Shown here: one piece after another, positions 12,768-21,387 of the stretch
Position numbering within the stretch: position 1 is the first letter of the stretch
Layout of the letters: each line of letters begins with the position of its first letter
NCBI GenBank assembly: GCA_964291415.2
Contig: OZ219918.1
Location: 1,056,001 to 1,120,000 of the forward strand
From: Alphaproteobacteria bacterium
GTDB taxonomy: Bacteria > Pseudomonadota > Alphaproteobacteria > SP197
DNA length: 64,000 nt
Reading direction: 5' to 3'
Notes under the pieces: model-generated
What the model saw: only the letters and a program-made list of their open reading frames with translations
Databases searched by the model: none
What the model was told of the DNA's origin: nothing
Translations under genes and position numbers: made by a program

Positions 12768-12863
12768 CGGCACGGTCCTCTGCCTTCCCGGCGTCCGCCG
12801 TTCTGGCGCAGAAACGACCCGCCCGGTATCCCTGCGTCCCGCCGCTCCGCACCGTCGGAGTTC

Positions 12864-13309
12864 ATGATATCCAAGCTTCTTTTCGCGTTTCCCGCCTTGG
12901 TTGCCGTATCGTGCGGCGCGCATGCGTCGGGCCCCTAATGTTCGAGGCCGAATGTCGCGAGGACTATGCGACCGTGGGAGAAATCACGGCCGGTCGCCTT
13001 CACCGCGACGTCGACATCGTCGCAAGCGACGGTGTCCCCTTCGTGGGAGGGCACGGCGGCCAGCTGTCCGGTATCGTGATCGTCCGGCAGGGAACCGGAA
13101 ACGACTTCCGTCTGGACGCTCTGATGGAACTGCGGTTGCCGGGTGCGGCCCTCTACGGTCAGGCGCGCCGTGAAGAAGGCGAGCTGCACCAGGGTGAGGG
13201 GAAGCCGAGGATGATCGGAGCCGAGGACGAGTTCGCGGGCGTCGAGGCCACCTGCACTGACTCGGTCCTGCAAGGGGAGACGCTTCTCATCGTCCACGAC
13301 TGTGTGTAA
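12864..13309 (+). pseudogene. possible frameshifted secreted protein of unknown function
   Basis: GGAG RBS + MISKLLFAFPALVAVSCGAHA signal peptide ends at TAA 12936-12938; a protein-like frame continues from ATG 12938 to 13309. Confidence 0.4.
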
Positions 13310-13546
13310 CGCCGGCCAGGCCGCTGACTGGCCAGGATGCCGCATGTTCGAGGATAACGGTCGTCTCGCGACACCTCGGGGCAGCCGTCAGAGGGTGGCC
13401 CCGGGTCGGACGGGTGAACCGATACATGTGACATCGCCGGGTCCAGTACACGGCAACCGGTGTCCTCGGCGACATCGCGTATGACGCTTGCCTGGAGAGG
13501 GCTGTGCGCTCGGGAAAGGGAAGGGGCATCCACTCCGTCGCCTGCG

Positions 13547-14314
13547 ATGAAACAGACTCAATCATACATTGTCGGCGCGACCCCTCGTAGCGGAAGCACG
13601 CTCCTGTGCGACCTTCTCTCCGATACCGCAGCGGCGGGACAACCCCACTCGTACTTCCGGCGTGAAGACATCTCCTGGTGGGCGCATCAATTCGGCGTGT
13701 CGACCGCAGACTGGCGCACCGAGCACGAGTTCGATCGAGCCTACCTGGAAGCCGTGCGGCGGCAGGGGACCGGTGGAACCCGGGTCTTTGGCCTGCGGTT
13801 GATGTGGGAGAGCGTTGCCGGTCTGTCGACAAGGCTCGACTCCTTCTACCCGAATCTGGACAGCGACAAAGCTCGATTCAAGGCAGCATTCGGAGCACAG
13901 GTCTACGTGCATCTCTCCCGCGACGACAAGGTTGCGCAAGCTGTCTCGCTCCTCAGAGCGGAACAAACCGGTCTGTGGCATGTCAATGCCGACGGCACCG
14001 AACGCGAGCGGCTCAAGGCGGGCGAGGTACCTGTCTATAGTGGCCGGGATCTTTCGCGGCTTGTGACACAGATGGAGGAGCACGACAGGTGCTGGACCCG
14101 GTGGTTTCATGAGCAGGACATCGAGCCTCTCCGCATCACCTATGAGAGGCTTTCCGCGGAACCGCAGGCAACGTTGGCGACCGTGTTGTCGGCCCTCGGC
14201 ATGGACTCCGTGCTTGCGGAAGCCGCTGAGCCCAGAACCGCGAAACTGGCGGATCGCGTGAGCCGCGAGTGGGCAACGCGCTTCAGGGCGGAGAGTCGCA
14301 GTGCGCCCACATGA
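13547..14314 (+). CDS. Stf0 family sulfotransferase
   Basis: ATPRSGSTLLCDLL (PAPS-binding loop), FGLRLMW, LSRDDKVAQAVS..RA.QTGLWH, LRITYE. Confidence 0.9.
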   Translation: MKQTQSYIVGATPRSGSTLLCDLLSDTAAAGQPHSYFRREDISWWAHQFGVSTADWRTEHEFDRAYLEAVRRQGTGGTRVFGLRLMWESVAGLSTRLDSFYPNLDSDKARFKAAFGAQVYVHLSRDDKVAQAVSLLRAEQTGLWHVNADGTERERLKAGEVPVYSGRDLSRLVTQMEEHDRCWTRWFHEQDIEPLRITYERLSAEPQATLATVLSALGMDSVLAEAAEPRTAKLADRVSREWATRFRAESRSAPT

Positions 14315-14554
14315 TGCCTCCGGCGTGCGGACGGCCTTGCGCAGAGCGACTCAGGCTTCCTTCGTGGAACGGTCGTTCCGGGCTGCCCTCACCCGAGGTT
14401 GTGTCTCTGTCTCGTCAGAGAGGCTGACCTGCGCCCGTGTCGCGTCCCGATCAGCGGCGATGACGCAAGCCGTCGCATAACCTCCACGGCGCCCTCACGC
14501 CAGAGGCGCACCGTTGTTCTGCTGCACAGAGCGGTCGCCTCGTGTCAGACAGAC

Positions 14555-15424
14555 TCAGGCGGGATGCGCGAAATGTTCTTCGATCCAGTCGACGAAAGTC
14601 CGCGCCGCGGGAGTCTCTTCATGTGTGGCCGGAGGCAGGAGGAAATAGCCTTCGGGCATTGCCACACTGTGATCGTACGGACGTTCAAGCCGGCCTTCCG
14701 CGAGCAGCCCGGTCGCCAGCATGTCATGGGCCATCGAGAGGCCGCCGGCGTTCAGGGCTGCGGTCATTGCGACCACGTAGGTTGAAGCGAGATTGACGCT
14801 CCTTTCCGGCGGCAGGGCATGTCCCTGGTCCGCGAGCCATGCGTTCCAGTTCGTCGTCACGCCCGTGCAATCGAAAAGCGGCGCCGTTTCCCACTCGCGG
14901 AACGCCGGTCTCGCGTGTGGCGCACAGACCGGATAGGCCCTTTCCGCCGCGAGCGGCCTCGTAGGCTGCGGCATCAGCGCAGGACGTCCGAAACGGATTT
15001 CAACTTCTGCCACGCCCTCCGCGTTCTGGGGATCCCAGATCGGCGTCGTCAGGTTGAGCGTCAGCCAGGGGTGGGCCTCAAGGAGGGTGCCGAGCCGAGG
15101 TGCGAGCCAGAAGGTCGAGAAGGCAAGGTTGCACCTTACCCTCAACTGCCGCCCGCGATCGCCGGTCAGCGCGCGGGTGCCGGCGGCGAGAACCTCGAAC
15201 GCCTCCTGGACAATGGGGAGGTAGTTCGATCCGCCTTCCGTCAACTGAAGCGCCCGGGTCTTGCGGATGAACAGCGTCAGGCCGACAGCGTCTTCCAGGC
15301 TGCGCACATGCTGGGACACGGCCGACTGGGTGAGGTTCAGTTCAGCCGCGGCCTGCGTGAAGGAAAGATGCCGGGCGGCGGCCTCGAACGCGCGCAGCCA
15401 TGTGAGCGGAGGCAGATTTGTCAT
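14555..15424 (-). CDS. LysR family regulator (GcvA-like)
   Basis: LPPLTWLRAFEAAARHLSFTQAAAELNLTQSAVSQHVRSLE N-terminal HTH. Confidence 0.92.
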   Translation of the reverse strand: MTNLPPLTWLRAFEAAARHLSFTQAAAELNLTQSAVSQHVRSLEDAVGLTLFIRKTRALQLTEGGSNYLPIVQEAFEVLAAGTRALTGDRGRQLRVRCNLAFSTFWLAPRLGTLLEAHPWLTLNLTTPIWDPQNAEGVAEVEIRFGRPALMPQPTRPLAAERAYPVCAPHARPAFREWETAPLFDCTGVTTNWNAWLADQGHALPPERSVNLASTYVVAMTAALNAGGLSMAHDMLATGLLAEGRLERPYDHSVAMPEGYFLLPPATHEETPAARTFVDWIEEHFAHPA

Positions 15425-15451
15425 GGATGGCAAACTCCATGCACAACAGGT

Positions 15452-15470
15452 GCATAAGCATTCCTAATGC
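15452..15470. promoter_or_regulatory. LysR recognition box (T-N11-A dyad)
   Basis: GCATAAG-CATTC-CTAATGC with T15455-N11-A15467, just upstream of the LysR start, followed by ATCGTTTGTC. Confidence 0.65.
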
Positions 15471-15551
15471 TAGTGCCGCGAATCCATCGTTTGTCAACAT
15501 CGAACCCTCTGCTCAGGGTTCTCCGGGAGCCCCGACTGCAGGTCGATTGCG

Positions 15552-15710
15552 ATGGATGCTGGACCCCGGGAACCGGAACCGTGGAAAGGTCGCGTCGATC
15601 CAGCCGCCGCCATCCGCCGGACTGCATGTCTCGGCATGCACGGTTCTGCTGCCAACCGCTTCAGCCTGTCGGTGAACCGGGAGGGAACCAGGCGCGTGAC
15701 CGACCCCACG
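15552..15710 (+). pseudogene. N-terminal relic of a class II aldolase/adducin family gene
   Basis: WKGRVDPAAAIRRTACLGMHGSAANRFSLSVNREGT matches the recalled family start W..RVDLAAAFRWTARL.MHE..ANHFSL.VN..GT; truncated after ~50 codons. Confidence 0.6.
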
Positions 15711-15738
15711 GCCATTCCCGATGAGGAGGGGTTCCGTC

Positions 15739-16785
15739 ATGCCCACTGAGATGAAGAAACCGGGGCCTGCGCCGACCAACGCCGCCTCAAGCGGCGTGAC
15801 GCTTGACAGGAAGACGCTGAAGTCGCTCGCACGGCGCGCCGACGGTCCGGGCCTCGTCTATCTGGCCCAGTGGGGTGCCGGACTGCTCGTCACGGGTTGC
15901 CTCGTTTGGCTCGCCCTCGGCACCTATTGGCTGTGGCCGGCGATGTTCGTCCATGGCGTGCTGTTGACCGTTCCGGTCTATGCGATCAGCCACGAAACGG
16001 CGCACGGCACGGCCTTTCGCAGCACATGGCTCAACGAAACGGTGCTCTGGATCAGTTCGCTGATCTACATGGAGGAGCCGCTGCACCGGCGCTACACCCA
16101 CGCCAACCATCACACCTTCACCTGGCATGTCGGCAAGGACAGCCAGATGCCGTTCGATACACCGATGACGCTTGGCGGCTGGCTGGTTGAAGTCTCCGGG
16201 TTGGGTCTGTTGCGCTTTCACGTGACCGTCCTGGCGCGCCTGGCGAGCGGTCGCTACTCCGACATGATGAGGACGGTGGCTCCGGTCGACGAACTTCGGA
16301 AGATGAGGCGCAATGCCTGGATCTTTCTCGCCCTTTACGCCGCCATCGGCGTGGCGGTGGCGTCGGGAGTCCACGGGCTGCTGTGGTTCCTTGTCCTGCC
16401 ACGTCTCCTGGGAGCGCCGGTCATGCTCCTGTTCACGCTGATCCAGCACGTCGAGATGGGGGAGAACACGCCATCCATTCCGGACAGCACACGGTCCTTC
16501 AGGACCGGCTGGCTGGGCCGGTTCCTCTACATGAACATGAACAATCACGTGGAACATCACCTCTACACGCAGGTGCCGTTCTTCGCGCTGCCGGCCTTGC
16601 GCGACGCGGTGGCCTCGCAGGTTCCCGCTCCGGACCCCGGGTTCTTCCGAACCAACCAGGAGGTGTTCGCGGTCGTCCTGCGCCGGTCACTGGGTCTTTC
16701 GACCAGGTCGCCATCGATCCGCCAGGCGCCGCACATGATCACGACCGGCGGCCCCAGGCGGCATATCGCGCAACGGACCATGTAG
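15739..16785 (+). CDS. membrane di-iron fatty acid desaturase/hydroxylase family, MocD-like
   Basis: His boxes HETAH, HANHH, QH and NNHVEHH; TM segments; GAGGAGG RBS. Confidence 0.88.
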   Translation: MPTEMKKPGPAPTNAASSGVTLDRKTLKSLARRADGPGLVYLAQWGAGLLVTGCLVWLALGTYWLWPAMFVHGVLLTVPVYAISHETAHGTAFRSTWLNETVLWISSLIYMEEPLHRRYTHANHHTFTWHVGKDSQMPFDTPMTLGGWLVEVSGLGLLRFHVTVLARLASGRYSDMMRTVAPVDELRKMRRNAWIFLALYAAIGVAVASGVHGLLWFLVLPRLLGAPVMLLFTLIQHVEMGENTPSIPDSTRSFRTGWLGRFLYMNMNNHVEHHLYTQVPFFALPALRDAVASQVPAPDPGFFRTNQEVFAVVLRRSLGLSTRSPSIRQAPHMITTGGPRRHIAQRTM

Positions 16786-17624
16786 TGCGCCGGATCTACA
16801 CCTTCGGCGGCCAGCCGGCCACGCGGAACCTGACGGTGGCGGATCTCAGGGCCAACAAGTCTGCGGGCATCAAGATGACGCAGGTCTCGGCGCTGAACGG
16901 CGAAGAGGCGGCGGCCTGCGAGTCGGTGGGCATCGATCTCATCACCATCGCCGACGTCGATATCAGGGAGGTGAGGGCGGCAGCACCAACCACCTTCGTC
17001 ACCGGCAGCCAGACCATGGTGCAGTACGTTACCGAGGATGAAGCGCTCGGCGCCGCAATTCGTTGTGCCGAACAGGGCGCAGACGCGATCTACACGCCGC
17101 GCGGCCTGAAGACTGTCGAGCGGCTGGCCGGCGAAGGGTTGTGTGTCCAGGGCCATCTGGGTCTGGTGCCTCGGCTGTCGACACGCGTGGGCGGGCTGAG
17201 GATCATTGGCAGGACGGCAGACGAAGCCATGCGCCTGTGGGAGGACTTTCGCCGTCTGGAAGAAGCCGGCGCGGTTGCCGCCGAGGTCGAATGCGTTGCC
17301 GTCGAGGCCCTCGTCGAGATCGGCAAGCGCAGCGGCCTCGTGACCCATTCAATCGGCGCCGGCTCCGGCGGCGACATCATCTTTTCGTTCATGGAGGATA
17401 TCTGCGGCGACGTGGAGAACCCGCCGCGCCACGCCAGGGCGTGGGCCGACATGCTCTCATTGCGCCGCGCCATGTCCGCTGAGCGTCTCAAGGGTCTGAC
17501 CGGCTTTCGTGACGAGGTCAGGGCAGGGACGTTTCCGCATGAACCCCATCAAGTCTCCATGAAGGCGGGAGAGCACGAGAAGTTCCGCGAAGCGCTGGAC
17601 ATGTGGCAGCCGGTGCACCGGTGA
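16785..17624 (+). CDS. divergent ketopantoate hydroxymethyltransferase (PanB)-like protein
   Basis: GHLGLVP, LEEAGA..EVECV, SIGAG, FRDEVRAGTFP; GTG start overlaps the upstream TAG. Confidence 0.82.
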   Translation: MRRIYTFGGQPATRNLTVADLRANKSAGIKMTQVSALNGEEAAACESVGIDLITIADVDIREVRAAAPTTFVTGSQTMVQYVTEDEALGAAIRCAEQGADAIYTPRGLKTVERLAGEGLCVQGHLGLVPRLSTRVGGLRIIGRTADEAMRLWEDFRRLEEAGAVAAEVECVAVEALVEIGKRSGLVTHSIGAGSGGDIIFSFMEDICGDVENPPRHARAWADMLSLRRAMSAERLKGLTGFRDEVRAGTFPHEPHQVSMKAGEHEKFREALDMWQPVHR

Positions 17625-18919
17625 ACGACGCAGCCGACTACACGAAGCCCTTTGCCGCGAAGCCCCGGCCGCTGACGCTGGAACAGGCGGCTTGGATCAC
17701 GCCGCCCGCTCAGGCGACCGATACCGAAGGCATGATCGACGTGCCGCGCATGCGCGCCTGGCGCCGGAACCGCCTGCGCGAGCAGATCGCCGCCCACGGT
17801 CTCGACGCCGTCGTCCTCGTCGAACCATTGGCGATCCGCTACGCCGCCGGCGTACGCAACTGCACGCTGTTTCAGATGCACATCCAGGCGGGCTATCTCT
17901 TCGTGCCCGCCGACGGCCCTGTCATCTACTTCGACAGCCAGCCGGGTCGCGAGACCGGCCGGCAACTCGAGACAATCGACGAAGTTCGCGACGATCTCGT
18001 GCCGCTCTCATACATGTTTTCGGGCTACCGGCAACAGGACATGGCGCGCAAGTGGGCAGAGCAAATGGGTGATCTGATCGCAACGCACTGCGGCAGCGGC
18101 GCCAGGGTCGGGATCGATCGCGCCGGCTTCCACGCGGAACAGGCCCTCGCCGATCAAGGTTTCGCCATGACCGATGCGGCACCGGTTCTGGCCCATGCCC
18201 GCAAGATCAAGTGTCCGGAAGAAGTCCTCGCCATGAACCTCGCCCTGGCGACGGCGGAGGACGGCATGAGCCGAATGCGCGAGGCCTTGCGCAACGGCGT
18301 CTCGGAGCAGGAACTCTGGGCGCTGATGTGGCGTGCGCTGATCGAAAAGGGCGGCGAATGGCTCGACTACCGCCTGCTTGCCTCGGGCGAACGGACCAAT
18401 CCGTGGCAGCAGGAGGCATCGAGCCGGACGATCCGGGCGGGCGATCTTGTCGTGTTCGACTGCGGGCTGGTCGGTCCGTTCAGCTACGGCGCGGACGTCA
18501 GCCGCGCCCTCCGGTGCGGACCGGGGCGGCCGAGCGACTACCAGAAGACACTCTACACGCTCGCCTGGAACGAGGTGATGCACAACACGCGGTTACTACG
18601 GCCCGGAACATCGTTCCGGGACTTCATGGCCGACCGTTTTCTCCAGGAGCCCGGCTTCGGCGACCAGCCCTATCCCTGTGTGGCGCATGGACTGGGCATG
18701 GCCGACGAATGGCCCGTGATTCTCCATTCCCCGGAACACCCGGATCACTACGACGGGGAATTCGAAGCCGGCATGGTGATCTGTGTCGAGAGCTATGTCG
18801 GCGAAGTCGGCGGCCTCGAAGGAGTCAAGCTGGAGGACCAGGTCCTCATCACCGAATCGGGACCGGTCGTGCTGTCGCGCTACCCCTTCGAAGAGACGCT
18901 TCTTCCCCATGAAATCTGA
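17621..18919 (+). CDS. M24 (Xaa-Pro peptidase fold) protein, DddP-like
   Basis: GGEWLDYRLLASGERTNPW, DVSR, HGLGMADEWP, CVESY, VKLEDQVLITE; GTGA overlap with the upstream gene. Confidence 0.85.
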   Translation: MNDAADYTKPFAAKPRPLTLEQAAWITPPAQATDTEGMIDVPRMRAWRRNRLREQIAAHGLDAVVLVEPLAIRYAAGVRNCTLFQMHIQAGYLFVPADGPVIYFDSQPGRETGRQLETIDEVRDDLVPLSYMFSGYRQQDMARKWAEQMGDLIATHCGSGARVGIDRAGFHAEQALADQGFAMTDAAPVLAHARKIKCPEEVLAMNLALATAEDGMSRMREALRNGVSEQELWALMWRALIEKGGEWLDYRLLASGERTNPWQQEASSRTIRAGDLVVFDCGLVGPFSYGADVSRALRCGPGRPSDYQKTLYTLAWNEVMHNTRLLRPGTSFRDFMADRFLQEPGFGDQPYPCVAHGLGMADEWPVILHSPEHPDHYDGEFEAGMVICVESYVGEVGGLEGVKLEDQVLITESGPVVLSRYPFEETLLPHEI

Positions 18920-18934
18920 GCGAGGAAACGGGAC

Positions 18935-19243
18935 ATGGGCACATGGATCGAGGTCTGCGCGGCGGGAGACATCGACGAAGAGGATCTCATCCGCTGGGAT
19001 CATGATGGCCGGTCATTCGCGATCTACAACACGCAGAAGGGATTCTTCGCCACCGACGGATACTGCACTCACGAGCAGCAGCACCTCGCGGACGGCCTCG
19101 TTACCGGTACCGTCATCGAATGCCCGCTGCATCAGGGGAGGTTCGACATCGTCACGGGCAAGGCGCTTCGTCCGCCCGTCCGCATCGCCCTGGAGACCTA
19201 TCCCGTCAAGGTCGAAGACGGCATCGTCTTCATCCGGCTCTGA
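18935..19243 (+). CDS. Rieske [2Fe-2S] ferredoxin, MocE-like
   Basis: CTHE...HLADG...IECPLHQGRFD; DIDEEDLIRWDH N-terminus. Confidence 0.93.
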   Translation: MGTWIEVCAAGDIDEEDLIRWDHDGRSFAIYNTQKGFFATDGYCTHEQQHLADGLVTGTVIECPLHQGRFDIVTGKALRPPVRIALETYPVKVEDGIVFIRL

Positions 19244-19273
19244 TAAGGATCCGGCTCCTCGGTCTGCCGGCGA
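19162..19273 (+). repeat. direct repeat copy 1 (ferredoxin 3' end plus downstream bases)
   Basis: GGCGCTTCGTCCGCCCGTCCGC...TTCATCCGGCTCTGA...GTCTGCCGGCGA, repeated at 21073-21180. Confidence 0.92.
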
Positions 19274-19471
19274 TGGTCTCAAGGCGCGCGGTCTCACGGC
19301 CTCGGTTCCCGGGCTCGACAGCGCGCGCCCGTCGCTCTTGAGCCACCACATTCATCGGGTGCCCGCGGGGCATTTGCGCCCGAAGGGCCTGCCTCGCGGA
19401 AGCGATCAAAGCGACGTCAGTTCCGCGTACAATCGCGATTGCCATTCAAGAAACTCAAGTGGGTGTTCAAG

Positions 19472-19615
19472 ATGAAGCGAGCATTGATCTTTGATCTTGA
19501 TGGAACGTTGCTGACGTCCGAAAAGATCGTGCATTGCGAAACGCTCTCATCCGTGTTGGCCTGCGCGAAACTGGGATTTGTGATCGTCATCGCCACATCC
19601 CGACCTCATCGCGGC
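19472..19615 (+). pseudogene. truncated Cof-type HAD hydrolase (N-terminus only)
   Basis: MKRALIFDLDGTLL (motif I) and VIATSRP (motif II), then the sequence degenerates; visibly more AT-rich than flanks. Confidence 0.7.
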
Positions 19616-19924
19616 TTCCGGCACAAGCATGGCGATGATGGCGCGGGACCACCAAGCAACGCGCCGCGGCACGCGTGTGAACGCCACCGCGACGGCTGAC
19701 AACACCAGCAGAAACGGTTGAAATTCGAGGGGAACTCCCCTAGAGTCGCACTCACGCAGGGCCATGCCCGCGTCTATCAGGGGGAACCCGATGACCACCA
19801 TTCCACGCTACTGTTCCATCACTTGCACCGGCGACACCTTCCTCCTCGATGGGGCGATGGCGAATGAAGGGCACGGACGCGCAGGTCGGGCGAAGTATGC
19901 TCGCATCATGGCACGGAATGTCCC

Positions 19925-20278
19925 GTGAGCCCCGTCGTCTACATCGAAACATCGGTCGTCAGCTATCTGACGGCCTGGCCGTCGCGGGACATGCTCGTCT
20001 CGGCCTATCAGGTGGCGACGCGCGAATGGTGGACCGCGGCGGCGAAGAGGTACGACCTTCTCGCGGCGGCGCTTGTCGACCAGGGTGCAGTGCCGCACCA
20101 CGCCGCCGGCGACGCGGTGCACATCGCCACCGCCGCCTGCCATGCCGTTCACTATCTGGTGAGCTGGAATTTCCGGCACATTGCCAATGCCGCCATGAAC
20201 CCGCACATCGCCCGTGTCTGCCGGCAGGAAGGGTATGAACTGCCGTTCATCTGCACGCCAACTCAACTCATGGAGTAG
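19925..20278 (+). CDS. PIN-domain (VapC-like) protein with an apparent internal deletion
   Basis: VYIETSVVSYLTA.PSRD, TREWW, DAVHIA, YLVSWNFRHIANA, ICTP; only 117 aa. Confidence 0.75.
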   Translation: MSPVVYIETSVVSYLTAWPSRDMLVSAYQVATREWWTAAAKRYDLLAAALVDQGAVPHHAAGDAVHIATAACHAVHYLVSWNFRHIANAAMNPHIARVCRQEGYELPFICTPTQLME

Positions 20279-20282
20279 AACC

Positions 20283-20486
20283 GTGTCGACGCTCAAGGCT
20301 GATTCAGTCATCGCCGAACTGTGGGCGGTACGGGACGCCAACTCGGCCCGTTTCAACCACGACCCTGGCGCCATATGCCGCGATCTTCGATCCCTGGAGG
20401 GGTCCTTCGAACGCGCCGCCACCCACTACGCCTCGCTGGACATCGGTGACGATGTGGACAGCGAGGACCACGGGACCGGCCCGTGA
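20283..20486 (+). CDS. small protein, probable antitoxin partner of the PIN gene
   Basis: DSVIAELWAVRDANSARFNHDPGAICRDL resembles the D.I..E.R..RD..A.RF.YD..AI..DL proteins recalled next to this PIN family. Confidence 0.55.
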   Translation: MSTLKADSVIAELWAVRDANSARFNHDPGAICRDLRSLEGSFERAATHYASLDIGDDVDSEDHGTGP

Positions 20487-20529
20487 TACCGGCAGCCTCC
20501 GGGGCGGCACCTTCAGGGGAGTCCGCTCC

Positions 20530-21045
20530 ATGACTGACAGGGCCATCTGGACCGCATCAGACCTGCGCTCGGTGGCCATCGCGCTCAACGGCTCGTCCCG
20601 AGGCGCCGTTCCTGCACTGGCGCGATGCCTCAACGTCGACCAGCGTCTGGTTCGCAGGTGGACCAGCGGCAGTATTCCCGTGCCTGCAGAAGTTGTGCAC
20701 AGGATCGAGGCGATCACGGGAGTTTCCACGCCGCCCGAGACAACCTGGCGCCGCGACGAGTGGTTGACCTGCGAAGGTCAGTCAAGGACCGGCGAACAGA
20801 GGCGCAAGTACATCGTTCACACATGGCCGCCACGGTTCCGCTGCCGCGCGGTCGCGGTCGACAGCGATACCGGCCTGCCGCTGAAAGCAGAACAGCCGGC
20901 CGATGTCGACATCGGACTGACCTATGCGGCTTCGCCCGATACTGTGCTCTCCGAATTCGACTGGATCGATCGCCCGCCCTCCGGTGAAGTTCTGGAGCGT
21001 CTTCTTGAAGCCGCCTCGGATGCCATCGACGGCGTGGTCGTCTGA
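20530..21045 (+). CDS. Cro/Xre-like HTH protein with unknown C-terminal domain
   Basis: ALARCLNVDQRLVRRWTSG..PVP HTH; YIVHTWPPRF; GGGGAG RBS. Confidence 0.6.
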   Translation: MTDRAIWTASDLRSVAIALNGSSRGAVPALARCLNVDQRLVRRWTSGSIPVPAEVVHRIEAITGVSTPPETTWRRDEWLTCEGQSRTGEQRRKYIVHTWPPRFRCRAVAVDSDTGLPLKAEQPADVDIGLTYAASPDTVLSEFDWIDRPPSGEVLERLLEAASDAIDGVVV

Positions 21046-21072
21046 CAGGCGCCGGTCCGTCAATGCTCACTT

Positions 21073-21180
21073 GGCGCTCCGTCCGCCCGTCCGCGTCGCC
21101 CTGGGCACCTATCCCGTCAAGGTCGAAGACGGAATCGTCTTCATCCGGATCTGAAACGGATCCGGCCAGTCTGCCGGCGA
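21073..21180 (+). repeat. direct repeat copy 2 (orphan ferredoxin 3' end)
   Basis: 76 of 82 nt identical to 19162-19243 through the stop codon; encodes ALRPPVRVALGTYPVKVEDGIVFIRI*. Confidence 0.92.
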
Positions 21181-21387
21181 CAATCTCGGGGTGCCCGAGC
21201 GTGGATGAAGGAGCATCCTTCGGTTCAAGGGGGCGAGGTTGATGGTGCCGATGCGTCTCAGGCAATCGAAGAACGTGTGGCCGTCGAATTCGGATGTCCC
21301 GGAAATCGATTCTCTGGACAGCTCCTGATAGCACATGTCGCGAGCCGGCCAGGAACCGGTTGGGCATACTGGTCGAGGTCGGAGCGG

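Noticed and set aside
21109-21336. Protein-like minus-strand ORF MCYQELSRES...
   Set aside because: No recognisable family or RBS; overlaps the repeat copy.
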